The notes under the pieces were generated by a model. That model was not told the origin of the DNA. It worked only from the letters and a program-made list of their open reading frames with translations, and made no database searches. Below are positions 11,426 to 24,571 of a stretch of 64,000 nucleotides of DNA, piece by piece. The position numbers and the translations under genes were made by a program. The stretch is from Klebsormidium nitens. Lineage: Eukaryota > Plantae > Klebsormidiophyceae. Within the stretch, counting starts at the first letter, position 1; each line of letters starts with the position of its first letter. The stretch is from NCBI GenBank assembly GCA_000708835.1, contig DF237189.1, forward strand, positions 66,686-130,685, given 5' to 3'.

Positions 11426-14400
11426 TCAATCAGCACTGGAAAAATCTGAAGGTTCTCTGGGGTCCATGTTTCTCAAATCGGTCATCCGCCGATCGAACTC
11501 GGCTGCGTGCTTGTCCCGCTCCTCTAGTTCGCCCCCCTCAAACTCCAACCACTTCTCCCGCAAGTCCTCCAGTACATTCGTGCTCTCCTCGTTCCGCTCT
11601 TCCGTTCCTCGTGGCACCGCCACTTCCGGCTTGTTCGGCCGGATCGTTGCGTCAACGAACTCGGTTAGCGGCGGCAGCTCCTTAACCATGGCCTGGAAAG
11701 CTGCGCTTGAGGCAAACGCCTCAAAGTTGTTCGCCATAGCGTTGAGGCAAAACTCTCGTAACCGTGCGACGCCGTACCTGAGTAATAATGGATATAACTG
11801 AGTGCCAGGAAGGCGGATTCCCGCAAGTACGCAGGCCATGACTTGAGGCACACAAGCAAAAAGCTCACAAGATTGGGCGGAAGTAAAAAGCAGGGGGCCA
11901 ACAGTTGAAACCACAGCCGTTGCGCATCCTTTTCTCCCAAACGGGTATCGATTTGGAGCGGACACGTAGGTTGGGGGCGTCCTTTGAGATATCGCGGCGA
12001 AGCTTCGCTCATCAAGTTGAGGACCTCGGGACTTTCTGCACTACCACTCGTAGCTTTACAGATCCTTCTGCTGCAATCGTGAGCCCCACATTGATTTGAT
12101 CAATCAAAGCTATCTCCTCAGTTTGCTCCATTGAATCTTTGCTTTCCAGTGCCAAGCTCGTCGTGTGAACGAAGAGAAGCACTGCGCATTGCACGAACGA
12201 GTCCGTCGAAGACCCAGCCGGCACCGAAAGCATTGGCCACTAGCTGTCGCTTCAAAGTCGGCGACAAAAGTTGACTGGTTCAATAGCCCGCCTTTGCCCC
12301 TTTTCGACAGTGCGTTGTCTGCGCTTCCTGGACATTTTAAAATCCCAAAGGGTGGTAGATATAGCAAGGTTCTCTACGTTGGAAGTGTGCCAGCACGATC
12401 GAGACAGATAGGGTTGCCCACTCACATGTCGGCGACCAAGAGCCAGTGGCACAGCTCGTCCACATTCGCCGCCTCTAACCCCGGCAGCAGCGCATCGGCC
12501 ACGGCACGCTTCAGCGGAAACAGCAGAAACTGCGACGCCGCGTCTAAAACTTCCACCACCAAACCCGGATCCACTGACGTCACCCTGTCTGTGTACATGT
12601 ACTCGAACACCGTCTCGAGCGCCTCGGGGCTGACGTCATTCAGTGTCAAGACGGGCAACGTTGACCCGTCCGGGTCAGGGACTAACCCCTCCTTAAACCC
12701 CTCGGTGCGGCTGAGCCGCGCACGAAAGTACTCAGAGCGCGCGGCGAGAACCACTTTGTGCGCCCGGAATTTGCGGGCCGCGCCCGTTGCCAGGATGACA
12801 TCGGCAAAGTCGTCGCGGGAAGATGATGGCGTGGCAGCGTCGGAGAAGTCGAGGTCGCCCACTCGGTCAGTGATGACGTCAGAAGTTGCTGCGAGCCCGC
12901 CAGTGCGACGGAGGATGTTGCCCAGGCAGGCGTTCAAGCGGGCGGGCTCGGAAAGGGAGGACGCCTGCACAGAAAGGCCGTGCAATTGTTGGTCGCAAAG
13001 GCTTGGCAAAACGTTATCCAGCCTGCCACGTGTCCATGTGATCTCTCTGGATGATGAGAGGTGCATCTTAGGATATCAGTACAACTGGTAAGTTCCAGAG
13101 CTCACGTGCTTTGACTCTGTAAAGTTTGTCTCGTAACAATCGAAGGACCCATGAGTAGACTAATCACAACCAAAAGATGGGTTTGCACAAGGAAAATGAC
13201 GCGCAGAAATGCAATGCAAGTACCAATCCGCGGTAGACCCATAAGCGGTCCATACCAGGCTGCCTGCCGGTGCATACCTGAAGCACGAATCGGCGCTGCA
13301 GGTTCTGGTGCAGGCGGTGCCACTTCATGTCGGAGTACTTTTGGTGGTTCTTCTCCGCCTCTAGTTTCTCCCGCAGCTCCGGCAGCCGGCACTGTCGACA
13401 GATCCGCGCGAGGTCCTCCATTTCGTCCACCGCCACGTCTAACCGGTCCGTGTAGAAGAACTGGAACAGCGACACCAGCGCCGAGTAACTTAACCGCGGG
13501 CTCGCTAATCTAACCTCGTCTCGCCCCCGCCACTTGCCCGCAAAAGCCGCCGAGAAATACGGGGAACGAGCGGCCAGGATCGCGCGGTGTGCGCCGACAG
13601 TGCGATCTGACCCGAGGAACGAGAACGTGATGTCGGGCGGCCAACAGGGATCCCCCTCGGGGGGGAAGCATTCCCGGAGGTCTAGTTGTAGAGGGTCCAG
13701 GGGAGGGGGGCGCTGCTCGTAGGCTTTCAGAATCTCGCGGATGCGCAGGTTGAGGGCAGCGTAGTGGCAGCGGTCGCCGTCAAATGTGTACCTGGGGGGA
13801 GGAGACTCTACGTTGATTATCTCGACCGCAAATATCACGATTAAAGAGCCTCCCTGAGACGGGTGGGTTTATTATTGGGGTTTTGAGTACGCATGAGTGC
13901 AGAGGTTGATTTTCGGGTGTAGTTTTCAGTTGGGTTTAGGTTCTCAACTTTGTTCGTCAAATCTCGTGCACCTTTTGTGGATATTTCAAAGCGTTGTCCT
14001 AGGAGGAAGTGGGGTATCTTAGTCGTCGATTGGACAGTTGCTGTCCAGGTCGAAAACAGTTGAAGAATTTCTGCAACCGACCAGCTGGCATGCGGATACG
14101 ACAGTCGTCTCAACGAAAACCTTTGCAGCGCCATCAAAGCAGGTATTGCAACAGTGTTGGCGCGACAGCCCGTGATTACCTGAAAATTAATGTCCTCGAT
14201 CAGACGAGATTTGGGCACACTTTACGATGCAAAACGCTTCGTCCGAAGTGAATGAAGAAGAAGAAGAATAAACAACTCAGAAGGGAAGAAAAGACCGGTG
14301 CGGCTCACTTGGGCCGAGTATATTGATCACAAACGGAACAGCCCTGGATTAGCGAGGAGAAACGAAGGGCAGCTCACTCGCTACAGACAGCCCCCGCCTC

Positions 14401-16450
14401 CAACAAGATCATTGTTATGTCTTCATGGCCGGCGAGGCAGGCGTAGTAGAGGGGGGTGCTGTCCCACTTGTCGCGGGCGTTGATATCCACCCCCTCCTCG
14501 TGGAGCAAGTACTTGAGGCGGTCAACGTCTCCTGCGCAATACAAGCGAAATGATTAACGAGTTTAATGTTTGCTTGACCAGGATTGCGAGGCTCGACCAG
14601 GTCTGGCGGCTCTTCAAGGCTACACCCATCTATGCTAGTGGAGCAGAGAATATTTGAAGCTTGAAGCAGACCCATTGGTTTGGCTCTCGGATGCAGACAT
14701 AGAAACCTCCTGGAGCATGAGAACGAAGACTTTATATGTTCACATAATAAAAGGGGGAGCCGGCAGCAACGCAACAAGAAATACAAATAGCCAAAAATCA
14801 TACACCGAAGAAGTGTTACAAGCATTAACTCTGGAAAAGGCTGGTGGTAAGGTAACGCCAAGATTGCAAATGCCCCCAAATCTCTTCGCCCAGACAAATC
14901 TTCAACTTGCTCGCTGTGCAAGAAGACAATGCTCTAAAGAGCCACCAGGTCGAACCTGAGTGCCTCTGAGTGCCTCCGACCCCTGACTTCCCTATCAGAG
15001 GGGACCCTAAGACGTACAAACTGCAGTATCAAGTGGTGGTGAAAATGCTTCGCCAATCTGTGATTCAGATTGTGGACTCAACTAGGCCCCGTGCAGTCAT
15101 ACAGAGGCTTAAATGCAGAACCACCAGGTTTTCGGGATCTTGCGGTTTACGGCGTGGAAGATTGTGAATGAGATAGTGAAGGCCGAAACAACTCAGCCAC
15201 CAGATAGCTGTTTGCAAGGACTTCTCAAACGTCCAATCAGTGCCATATTTGAAAAGTCTCTTGCAGCGAGGGTCGTAAAAGAAGTATCTTCGCTTCTCCC
15301 GTTTCATGGAATCTTGGAAAAGAAAGGTTTCCATTACATCTAGAGGTCAATTGACTGGAATTATATGCAACCGATTGGTGGTAGTTGGCCGGACAAAACA
15401 CCTGAGAAGCTCAACTTAATGAATCTGATGGCGCCAGGACCTGATTGACTTTCCAACGCACCGGGACTCTGTTTGCATGTCCGAGACACACACTTTCTTT
15501 CGGGAGCAGCTTGCGAGTCAAGCTTGTCAACCTTTATGAACAAGAAACTGCGATTCGCTGGCAGTAAATGTAAGTGCAGAACGACATGTATAAGTACTGA
15601 TGAGATACATATAATGTATGACTTTTTGATGCATCTAAACGATCCTGAAGCTACGGCATAGAAAACCCTCAGTTTCATTCTATACAANNNNNNNNNNNNN
15701 NNNNNNNNNNNNNNNNNNNNNNNNNNNNNNNNNNNNNNNNNNNNNNNNNNNNNNNNNNNNNNNNNNNNNNNNNNNNNNNNNNNNNNNNNNNNNNNNNNNN
15801 NNNNNNNNNNNNNNNNNNNNNNNNNNNNNNNNNNNNNNNNNNNNNNNNNNNNNNNNNNNNNNNNNNNNNNNNNNNNNNNNNNNNNNNNNNNNNNNNNNNN
15901 NNNNNNNNNNNNNNNNNNNNNNNNNNNNNNNNNNNNNNNNNNNNNNNNNNNNNNNNNNNNNNNNNNNNNNNNNNNNNNNNNNNNNNNNNNNNNNNNNNNN
16001 NNNNNNAAGCTACGGCATAGAAAACCCTCAGTTTCATTCTATACAAGTGATACATGAAAAGTCATCTCTTGACCAGCCAGGCTCCGGCTTGACTTCTTCT
16101 TCCAACAATATAAACTGCAAGAGAAGACACACCACCACTCCATCAAAGTCCACGTAGCGTCCGCTTTTCCATCTAGAACGATCTGCCGCCTCACCACTTC
16201 TTGCCGCAGAGTACACATCCCCCTGCGGAGTGCGCTTTCTTCTTGACCGACGATAACTATCGCCCAGCTCCCACTCATCAATCTCATCTTCGGCTTCGGT
16301 GTCCCTTGTTGCAGAATCTCCCACAGCATCCAGCAGGTTCTCCTCTTCGGGCCCATTCATATTGGCACCCTGGTGTGCATCAGCAGGCGCCTGATCTGCT
16401 GGTGGCACTACACTTTCTGCCGCACCATTGGAAGCCTGATTAGCGTCCAT
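11426..16450 (-). CDS. Ankyrin-repeat plus double BTB/POZ protein (ABTB1 / At2g04740-like CUL3 adaptor)
   Basis: Exon 1 (16450-16195, ending VYSAARSG) splices in phase to 14531 ([10 protein letters not shown]...[22 protein letters not shown]). BTB1 has [13 protein letters not shown] and BTB2 has [17 protein letters not shown]. The C-terminus [10 protein letters not shown]...FDRR ends at the stop at 11426. Confidence 0.93.
15688..16006. other. Assembly gap (N run) inside BTB-gene intron 1
   Basis: Run of N. The same 40 bp sits on both sides. Confidence 0.99.
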
Positions 16451-17586
16451 GTTCGCAAACCAAGGAGCGCACACATACTTATCGCTGTCTTCTAAGCACT
16501 CAAAAAGTGATCAGCTCTCGTGGACCAAGTTCGTGTAACCACCTTTTGAGACATGTATCATTTTTGTTTGTGATTCTTTTTGTTTTTGAAACATCAGCAT
16601 TGCTCACGAGCCGCTATTCCATCTCTCTCAAGTTACCCCAGAGCGCCTCCAACGACTTGGTGGCATGTGTCGGTTTTGCGGCAGCAGGTCTCAACCTCAA
16701 GCTACCTATCTAGGTTTCCAACAAGCAACATGGCGAACCACCAAGCTTTGGGCCAAGCACAGCAGTCTGAGTATAGCGTCCTGATCCAATCAACACTGTC
16801 CTCGCACTGTCGCAGATCTCTGCTTCTTGAGCTATGCGTGAGTTTGGACAAGCTGACGTCGGGCCGGTACGTACCGACTGGCAAGCACAGCCTGAGCGGT
16901 CGGCACCGCGGACTCGCGGGCGCGAGTCAGACTCAAGAGTACCGTACTACCAAGGTATGATTCCGAATAAATAAATAATTATTTGCATTCGGAAAGTTGG
17001 AAACTCCAAAAAAAGCATTCGGAATTCGCTTTTTCGGAAATGGAAATTAATTGTTAAATCTCGTTCGGAAAGTGATTTTGAAGCCCGTATGAGCTTCAGG
17101 TACGTACCGGTACCCTTTAAGACCCACTATATAAGGGTACCTGGGTACCTTTCGTCTCATTCGGATTCAGGGTCGGATTCCGGAAAATAATACAACATTT
17201 GGACTCGCATTCTGTAGAATAATTGCATTTTTCAAGCATTCGGAATCATACCTTGGCAGTACGGTAAACTCGAAGACTGCACATGTATGCTGCACATGTG
17301 CATATGCTGCACTATGTACATGGGCATGCAGGGGCATGGGCAGCATTGCGCGTTGTTTTTCCCATCCAACGTCTGTCCCATTCTGTCCTGAGCAAACGGA
17401 GGCTGGAGGTCATGTAGGCCAGAAGAAGCCTTTAAAGCAGGCTTTTGTTCCAAAGAAGTGGCAATTAGCTGTGACAATAGTCCCCGCTTGAGAATGAGGG
17501 GGGCGGTGAAGGGGCGGGGCTGTAAGTCTTTGTTCAAGGTGTAGCATTGACACCATAACAGTGCGGCTGTTACGCGGCACCAAGAG

Positions 17587-19786
17587 ATGGGGAATTACTA
17601 CCAATACGACTGTCAGCAGTGTGATCGAGAGTTCTCCTCACAGGGTGCGCTGCAGCAGCACTATCGAGACTCACCGGTGCATAGGCTTATCGAGTGCGAA
17701 GAGTGTGACACGCGCTGCATTGGTGTCGCGAGCCTTGATGAGCACATGGCTGAATGCCATCCTCCCCCTTACTGCTCCCCTTGTGACAGGACCTTTGTCT
17801 CAGAGAAAGCGCTGCTACAACACCTATCGCAGTCCCCAGTCCATAAAGTCTACGCCTGTGACGAGTGTGGGATATATTGCATAGGTGCAGCAGCCTTGGA
17901 CAAGCATGAGGAGTTATATCACCCTCCCCCTTGCTGTGCAGAGTGCGACAGGACCTTTGTCTCTGACACAGCGTTGCAGCAGCATCTTAGAGAATCTCCC
18001 GTTCACAAAATCCTCACTTGTGACTTGTGTGGCAGAGACTACGTAGGCACAGCGGCCTTGGACCTGCACATGGAAGTGTATCACCCCCCTCCTCAGTGCG
18101 CAGAGTGCGACAGGACCTTTGCTTCCGACGCAGCGTTGCAGCAACACCGAAGGGAATCTGCCGTTCACAAAGTGCTGGTTTGTGACCTGTGTAGTACAGT
18201 TTGCGTCGGCACAGCGGCCTTAGACCGGCACACGGAAGCATATCACCCCCCTCCCCACTGCGCGCTTTGCGATCGAGTCTTTGTCTCGGAAAAATCATTG
18301 CAGCAACACCTCCAAACCTCTCCCGCACACCGAGTCCCGACCCATAGCTGTCGGGAGTGCGATAGATCGTTCTGCACGGAGGCGGCTCTTCGGCAGCACC
18401 TCAACTCGCCCATCCACGTTCATCGTTGCGAAGATTGTGACCGAACCTTGGCCTCTGCGGCTGCTCTACGGCAACACCTTCTCTCCCCAAGACATGTCTC
18501 CCTGGACCAGTCGTCTACGTCAGGGCCAGATTCCGAGGTGCGTCCGGCGATGGTGCCAGGCACTCCAGTCTCGCAAACCCCGGCACTTGCCCAACATGTA
18601 AGACACCCCATTTCCTTACGCTGCTTTCAGATCGATCTTTTGTTTGGATGAGATTGTACTGACTAGCTTGGTCTCTTTCTGTTGACTGATTGGAATTTCG
18701 CATGTCACTAGCGGCTGCACATCAAAAACATGACTCTCAGCACTGTACTCCATTCCTCACAAGTCTTGTATGTCAAACTGGATAGGACCCAGCCTGCGTA
18801 TGTTTTCAAATTCAGCCTGCCTGGAGTCGTCATGGAGGATTCCATCACTAAAGCGTTTGGACGGTCAATAGCAGATACACTGCTGAATCTTCTGGCCAAA
18901 CATCCAGAGCAGCTGCAGGCGTGTGCGCTTTCATCAGGTTGCACCAGTTCACAGGGCTTCTTCCACCTCAAGTTGCAGTTCTTGCTGAAAATGGATAATC
19001 CCTTTCGAACAGTGCGTGGCACTTAATTGTCCGCTTCTTTCGATCGAGTCGCTGCAGAGCATTGAGGTTTCACTGGAACATCTGCAGTTGGGGGTGGCAG
19101 AAGCATCTACTGCCTCTGCCCCAAACGGAGGCGACAGTGGAAGTGACCGCGTCGGTAACAACGGCCGACCATCTCCTCTTCCTGGCGCCGCTCACGGAAC
19201 GGGGCCTTCACATGTGCCTGGGAGCTCCGACACCTGGGAAGACGTTCCCCTGTCTCTTCTACGGCTTGAGTCAAGGGAACAGGAGCTCAACACGCAAGCC
19301 TCGAAAATCCGGTTTGGAAACTTTCCGGCAGAGGTCGCAAGGAACTCGACTTCGGACCACCTGCTCTCCGCCATCCTGCCGACGCTCTTGCCGAGGGCGG
19401 GGGGTGTGCCAAATGGAAGTAGCACAGGGGCCGAGGGAGCCTCAAGCTCTGGCACCAACTTTTTGTCGGTTGACGCGGCCGCTGCCACACTTGGGCCCCG
19501 CACGGTGAACGGATACGCATCTCAAACGCCTGCCGGTGGGGTGGACGGCCGGAACACGGGTCTCAAGGGAAAGACTAAAGTAGCCCCGGTTGATGAAGGC
19601 TTGGAAGGTACCGACCTATTCGAGGGATCCAGTTGCTGCATTTGCTTCGAGAAGCCCAAAGATGCCGCTTTCGTGCCATGCGGGCATCGAGTGTGCTATG
19701 GCTGCGGCGGAGTGGTACACAAGCAGCGGGGGGCTTGCCCGATGTGCAACAAAAAGATCGACATCGTGCTTCGACTTTTTGGCTAG
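17587..19786 (+). CDS. Multi-C2H2 zinc-finger protein (11 fingers) with C-terminal C3HC4 RING; exons 17587-18597 and 19088-19786
   Basis: Eleven CxxC-x12-H-x4/5/6-H motifs in a 54-aa (162-nt) two-finger repeat. The phase-0 donor CAT|gtaaga matches the phase-0 acceptor ctgcag|TTG. RING: C-x2-C-x11-C-x-H-x2-C-x2-C-x10-C-x2-C. Confidence 0.8.
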
Positions 19787-20941
19787 TCCTCCAGCTCCTT
19801 CGACCTGTCCCCCGCAGCCACACCGACTGATCATTGATGATTCTACATCTGGGCGAAACATTCAGGAGACCGCAATGTGGACTTTGTAGGTCCGGGCCCG
19901 TGCACAGAATTGGTTCTGGAGTAGTCTTGCATTGAGTAATCCGTGAGGGGCCGGGGGCTAGTTGAGGCAATATTTGACTATAATGAATAGTGACACTATA
20001 CTTAGGTTGTGTATTGAATATCTTAGATTTGGTTCACTAAATCTGGTCGAATTGACAGATTCTTTGAGGGTCTCCGTTCAATTAACGGGGCAAAATGGTT
20101 TTCTCCAAAGGCATGCTTCAAATAGGATATGATCGTATTCAAAGACACTTCGACAGTGCCTTGCTCGATGGTCCCCGCGCCGCCCATGACGGACGTTCCG
20201 AATTCCGATACTCGTTGCACGTGTCATTGGGAGTCGACGGCATCTGCATATATAGGGCCAATCCCCCAACGGCCCGGGCATTCGCGGAAGCTAGCTGTGT
20301 ACGTGTACCGGGATTGCGGATTTCGATGTGGACATTATGCATTATAATATAATACTATAAGAGTATATATGTCTAGGCTATCATGCCCTTAAAGTATAAG
20401 GCCTCAGGTCATGAGGCCTCAGGTCCCAGTATACGGTATATATATATGTACTGCCGCCAAGTTGCTGACCGCAAATATACTGCGGCGCGCGAGCGCTCTG
20501 GGTGGCGCGGCGCACATGCACTGGCACAGTGGTCAATAATTATATGCACACATGTGATGGTTGGCCACCGTTTTTAAAGTATACAGATTGCATGCTGTGG
20601 CAGCTTATGCGCAAATTGCCCGTAAGCGGATCATCATTGAATACAGGAATTTTGGCCGCGCCCAGATAGAGGCGGGGCATGACCGTGTTGAGACGAAATG
20701 TAATCATATGCCAATCCTGCAGTTGCCATTGCAAGAAGTTGGACCGATGTCATATCATAATGCATGTGCACATGTAGTAGCTAGCAAAGATCATTAAGCA
20801 CCACGCACTGCATATCAAACCTAACCATGCATGCATGCTTAGGTGCCCAGCCTTATACCACGGCTCTCGGCGTTTGAGACGACAAATACCCCGCAGCATT
20901 ATACCTCCTTCCGACATTTTCCGTTCACATAGTTCTTCCTT

Positions 20942-23480
20942 TCAATCGGGTGCCTCGCCTGCTAGATCCTCACTTTCCTTGGCAAATCCGTCGTCCTCCG
21001 CCCCCGCTGATTTTGAACTCTTTTTACCTACGCTAAAGTCCAAGCCCTCTATATGGGGCAGCTTCTCTGCCACGTCCCATCCTTCCTGCGTCAAAGAGAC
21101 TGCCGCATAGGGGGTCATCCACTGAAGCATGTCGAATGCGTCCCGGCTCTTTATGAGAATGGTTGACAATTTTGGGTGTTTCCCTCGTACCTTCAGACCG
21201 CGCTCTTGTACCAACATCCCCGCATGATTCAAGCTTAACACTCCCCCTGGGCCCTTGGAGTGGACGGCCCGCATCAGAAAGAGGACCACTGCTAGTTCTT
21301 CCTCCGTCAAAGCCTGCAGAATCGAGCAGACTGATTTAGTTTGGACCAACGAATTCCTCCTCGAGATAACGGAAAAAAAGAATCTCACGAAACAAGCACG
21401 GTCAGCAGCCACTACACACGTCTGGTAAACCCGAAACATCAAGGCAAGTGAAAGCCCGCATGACAGGCGTCTCTATCCTCGTGTCTCGACCTAATTTCTC
21501 TTCATCATTACCGAAACTGAGCAGACTTGAAACACGGACTTTAAGATCACCATGTGCCCTCGAAAACAGATCCAGTCTTCGACGCAACAAACACTAGGCC
21601 GCATGTGCCATGTTTCAAATCGCCTCCTTCCTGTGCTTTGGGTTCCAATTCACTACGAGAGCTGTCATTCTGTCAGCCAGAGCTCAAAACCAATCGGATG
21701 GGGCAGGGATTGTCACGATTCACTTGCAAGATGCGCCTTGAAGTCGCATAGTTTGACCCGGTTCCCCAGCAAACTCATCATTGCTTTAGGGACCCAAAGC
21801 AACGGTACAAAAAGGTACAACTTAGCACTCATAGAGGCCCAGGTCTCCCTGCTCAAGTTTCGAAGCACAAGAAGGACCTCAAAGAAAAAGGTGTCCAAGG
21901 CAAAGGCGAAGTCGAGAACATTCTCACCTTGGCCTTCTCCTCCATCTCAGCTTTCCTCTCCACATCCCCGACATACACTCCGTCCCGGAACCGCTGCATC
22001 TGATCGCTTCTCAGATACAACCGGAACTCCCTCGACAGTGGCGGGGGCGTCCTCAACCGTCCCTGCTCGGTTAGCTTAATCCGGATCATCGGGGTGCCAT
22101 ATCCGTCAAAGTCGAAGAGGTCCAAGTGCTTGTAAACCATTCGGGTCATGCGCTGTAACCCGGTCAGGTCAACTCCGGAAGCGGGGTGCTTTGCGAGTGC
22201 GGACAGCCAGCAGAGGTAGAAGCCGTCGGAGGGGATCGGGGGCTCTTGCAGGACGGCCACCAGGAAGTCGACAAAGCGCCGCTCGCGCTCCTCGAAGCTC
22301 AGCTCTTCAAAGTCCTGAATGGCAAAAGGTCCGACTTCCGAAATGAAAACATAACCTTCCAACCAAAGATCATCATCTTTTGGCTTCGCAAGAACGTCGT
22401 GCACTGCGAAGTTTGCAGTTTGATTCAGATAGAGATTCATTGCAACACTCAAACCCCATACAGCAACTCCGGATATTGGTTGACAACGAGTCCATGGTCT
22501 TATCGGGCCATCGTTCAGATCCATAGCAAAAGAAGAAGGGTCTAATGTAAGCAGTAGGATGAAGTGCCTGGCATGGAGTTCAAACGAACTTCATGCCAGA
22601 TCTTGGGTGGTGCAGAAGGAGGGAGAGTTCCAAAGATGTCCAAAGGATTCGGTGTCTGCTTAAGTCAGCTGCAGTGGGAGCAGCTTGTCTGCGATCAGGA
22701 ATAAACTCGTTCCAGAGGGCACAATGTCCATTGATTACTAAAACTTGCCAATTGAAGGAATGCATATGCTCTCACCTTCGATGGTTTCTGCTTTTTCAGC
22801 TGGACATACTGGTTGGCTGAATTGTATGCGAACAGGTTGGGGTGCTTCTTCAGCAGCTGAGGCAGGGCGCCCTTCTCCAGGTGGAAACCCGCTGACCTCA
22901 GAGCCTCTGTCACTCTTGGAAAGAAGCTCCTCTTGCCAACTGAGTTGTCAACAAACTCCCGAACAAAGTCAACGATCTTCCTTTCGGTCGCCTCGTCTAT
23001 TCCTTCTATTGGCAAAGCAGCCGGCTCCTCAACTTCGCCCTGTTTGTTCTTCTGCGTTCGACGCATGCTGTCACTTCCTGCTTTTACCGGGTCTTTATCC
23101 TCAGCTTTGTAAGAAGTCTCTGGTTGGACCCCAATGCTTGTCCGAGATGAGGCAGATGTCGCTTGAAAGCTCATAGTTGCCCCGGGCTCGATGACTGACG
23201 CACAACCCCGTAAGAATAGGGGGTCCCAACAAAGTAAAGACACACCAATTCGCAGTGGCGCCCTCAGGGGAAAGATCTTGCCACCCGCTTCTGACAAGCT
23301 CCGGTTGCAGAAGCCTCTGAAGTTTGCTGCGCGCGGACTAATTAGGATGCCTCTGGTTCGGCAAGAGCGTGGAATACATCGCTCCAGTGACATCAGCGAG
23401 GCGCAGAACCTGCCTCCCTGCAATCCTGTTGTAGCCATGGTCCTAGCCGCCACCTTGCAGAGGGTGCGGCAGCATAGCAT
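20942..23480 (-). CDS. Hypothetical organelle-targeted protein with up to three LOTUS/OST-HTH-like winged-helix domains
   Basis: Three long same-strand ORFs (22695-23480, 21853-22524, 20942-21442) bounded by splice signals, with an Arg/Ser/Ala-rich N-terminus. Three ~65-aa segments share a helix-helix-helix-'L..P/D.F'-beta-hairpin pattern. Exon junctions are not fully resolved. Confidence 0.55.
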
Positions 23481-24571
23481 GACAGGACCGAGGACTTACA
23501 TCCAGAAGTGCAGAGAGCCACTCATCGGCTTTAAAGAATCATACTCAGCCCTGACTGCAGCGTTGCAGAATGCTGGTCTGCTGGTGTGCAATTCTATGCT
23601 TAGAGAGCTTGTCCAGAAGCCACCAAGTCAACTTCATCAGGCGGCTAGGAGCAGATCGAAGAAGGCTCCTTTGGCGCCACCATTGTTCATTCTTTTTGAA
23701 CCAGTGGCAAAAGTTTCTGGCAATGGCCTGCCAAACGGTCCAAATTGAAAATCATGCGACGACCATGCATGCATTGCCATTTGCATGGCAGCAGGAGTGT
23801 TGGCCTGCTTGAACACTTTTCAGGGGGGTTCGGCACAAAGTCTCCTAAAACATTGCCGGGAAATAAGAACGGCCCGTCAATCACTCTTCAATTGGCCCGG
23901 TTGGCCATTGACACCCCGTGCCGGTTTCCCTTTGAACACATCCTGCCCAAAGATTTTCACAAGGTCACCGGGGGGTACGTGTGAAGCTGTTCAAACCTAG
24001 CTCGAGCATGATCAGTACCGTACGCTGAGTACCGTACGCTGAGTACGCTGCCATTGCTGCATGGCTGCATTGCAGATTTGTACGATGGTTTCCGGGGGGT
24101 TTCCGAGGCCCAGTTAGGGCGCAGAGAAGCGAAGCCGAAGGTCTACGTAGATATCATTCCTAAAGGGGTTTCCCCTCCATCTGCTGAAAGCTTTTCACTT
24201 TTCACGTGCTGCCAGTGCTTGACGTGATTTGCACGATGAGGGCCATAATATGTACTTCGATCAGATTTAGCAACAAAAGATTGCCGAGAGTAGTCTGATT
24301 TTGTGCTGCGTTCTCTGAGCTTAATCTGTACCCCATACGGCTGGAGAAGTAAGGCAAATGTGCGCCTGCTAAAATCTTCAAATGGCATCAGCTGAACTGA
24401 CAATGAGCGCCACGTGGGGTGTCCTCAAGTCAAGAGGACCGAAGCTCGGGTTGAGAGAGCAGAGCACTCTGGTGCACACCACCTGCACAGGACAGAGTAA
24501 GACTAACATCTCCTTTGGCTGATGTATTTTTGTGCTTTGGATATGAGGACTACCACCAGCCATATATCAAA

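Noticed and set aside
15648-16046. Identical 40-bp direct repeat flanking the N gap, and the long poly-X ORF across it
   Set aside because: Most simply explained by overlapping contig ends, an assembly artefact. The X-filled ORFs are not real.
16580-16960. 126-aa plus-strand ORF upstream of the BTB gene
   Set aside because: No recognisable motif or supporting exon structure, and it lies in a promoter/UTR region.
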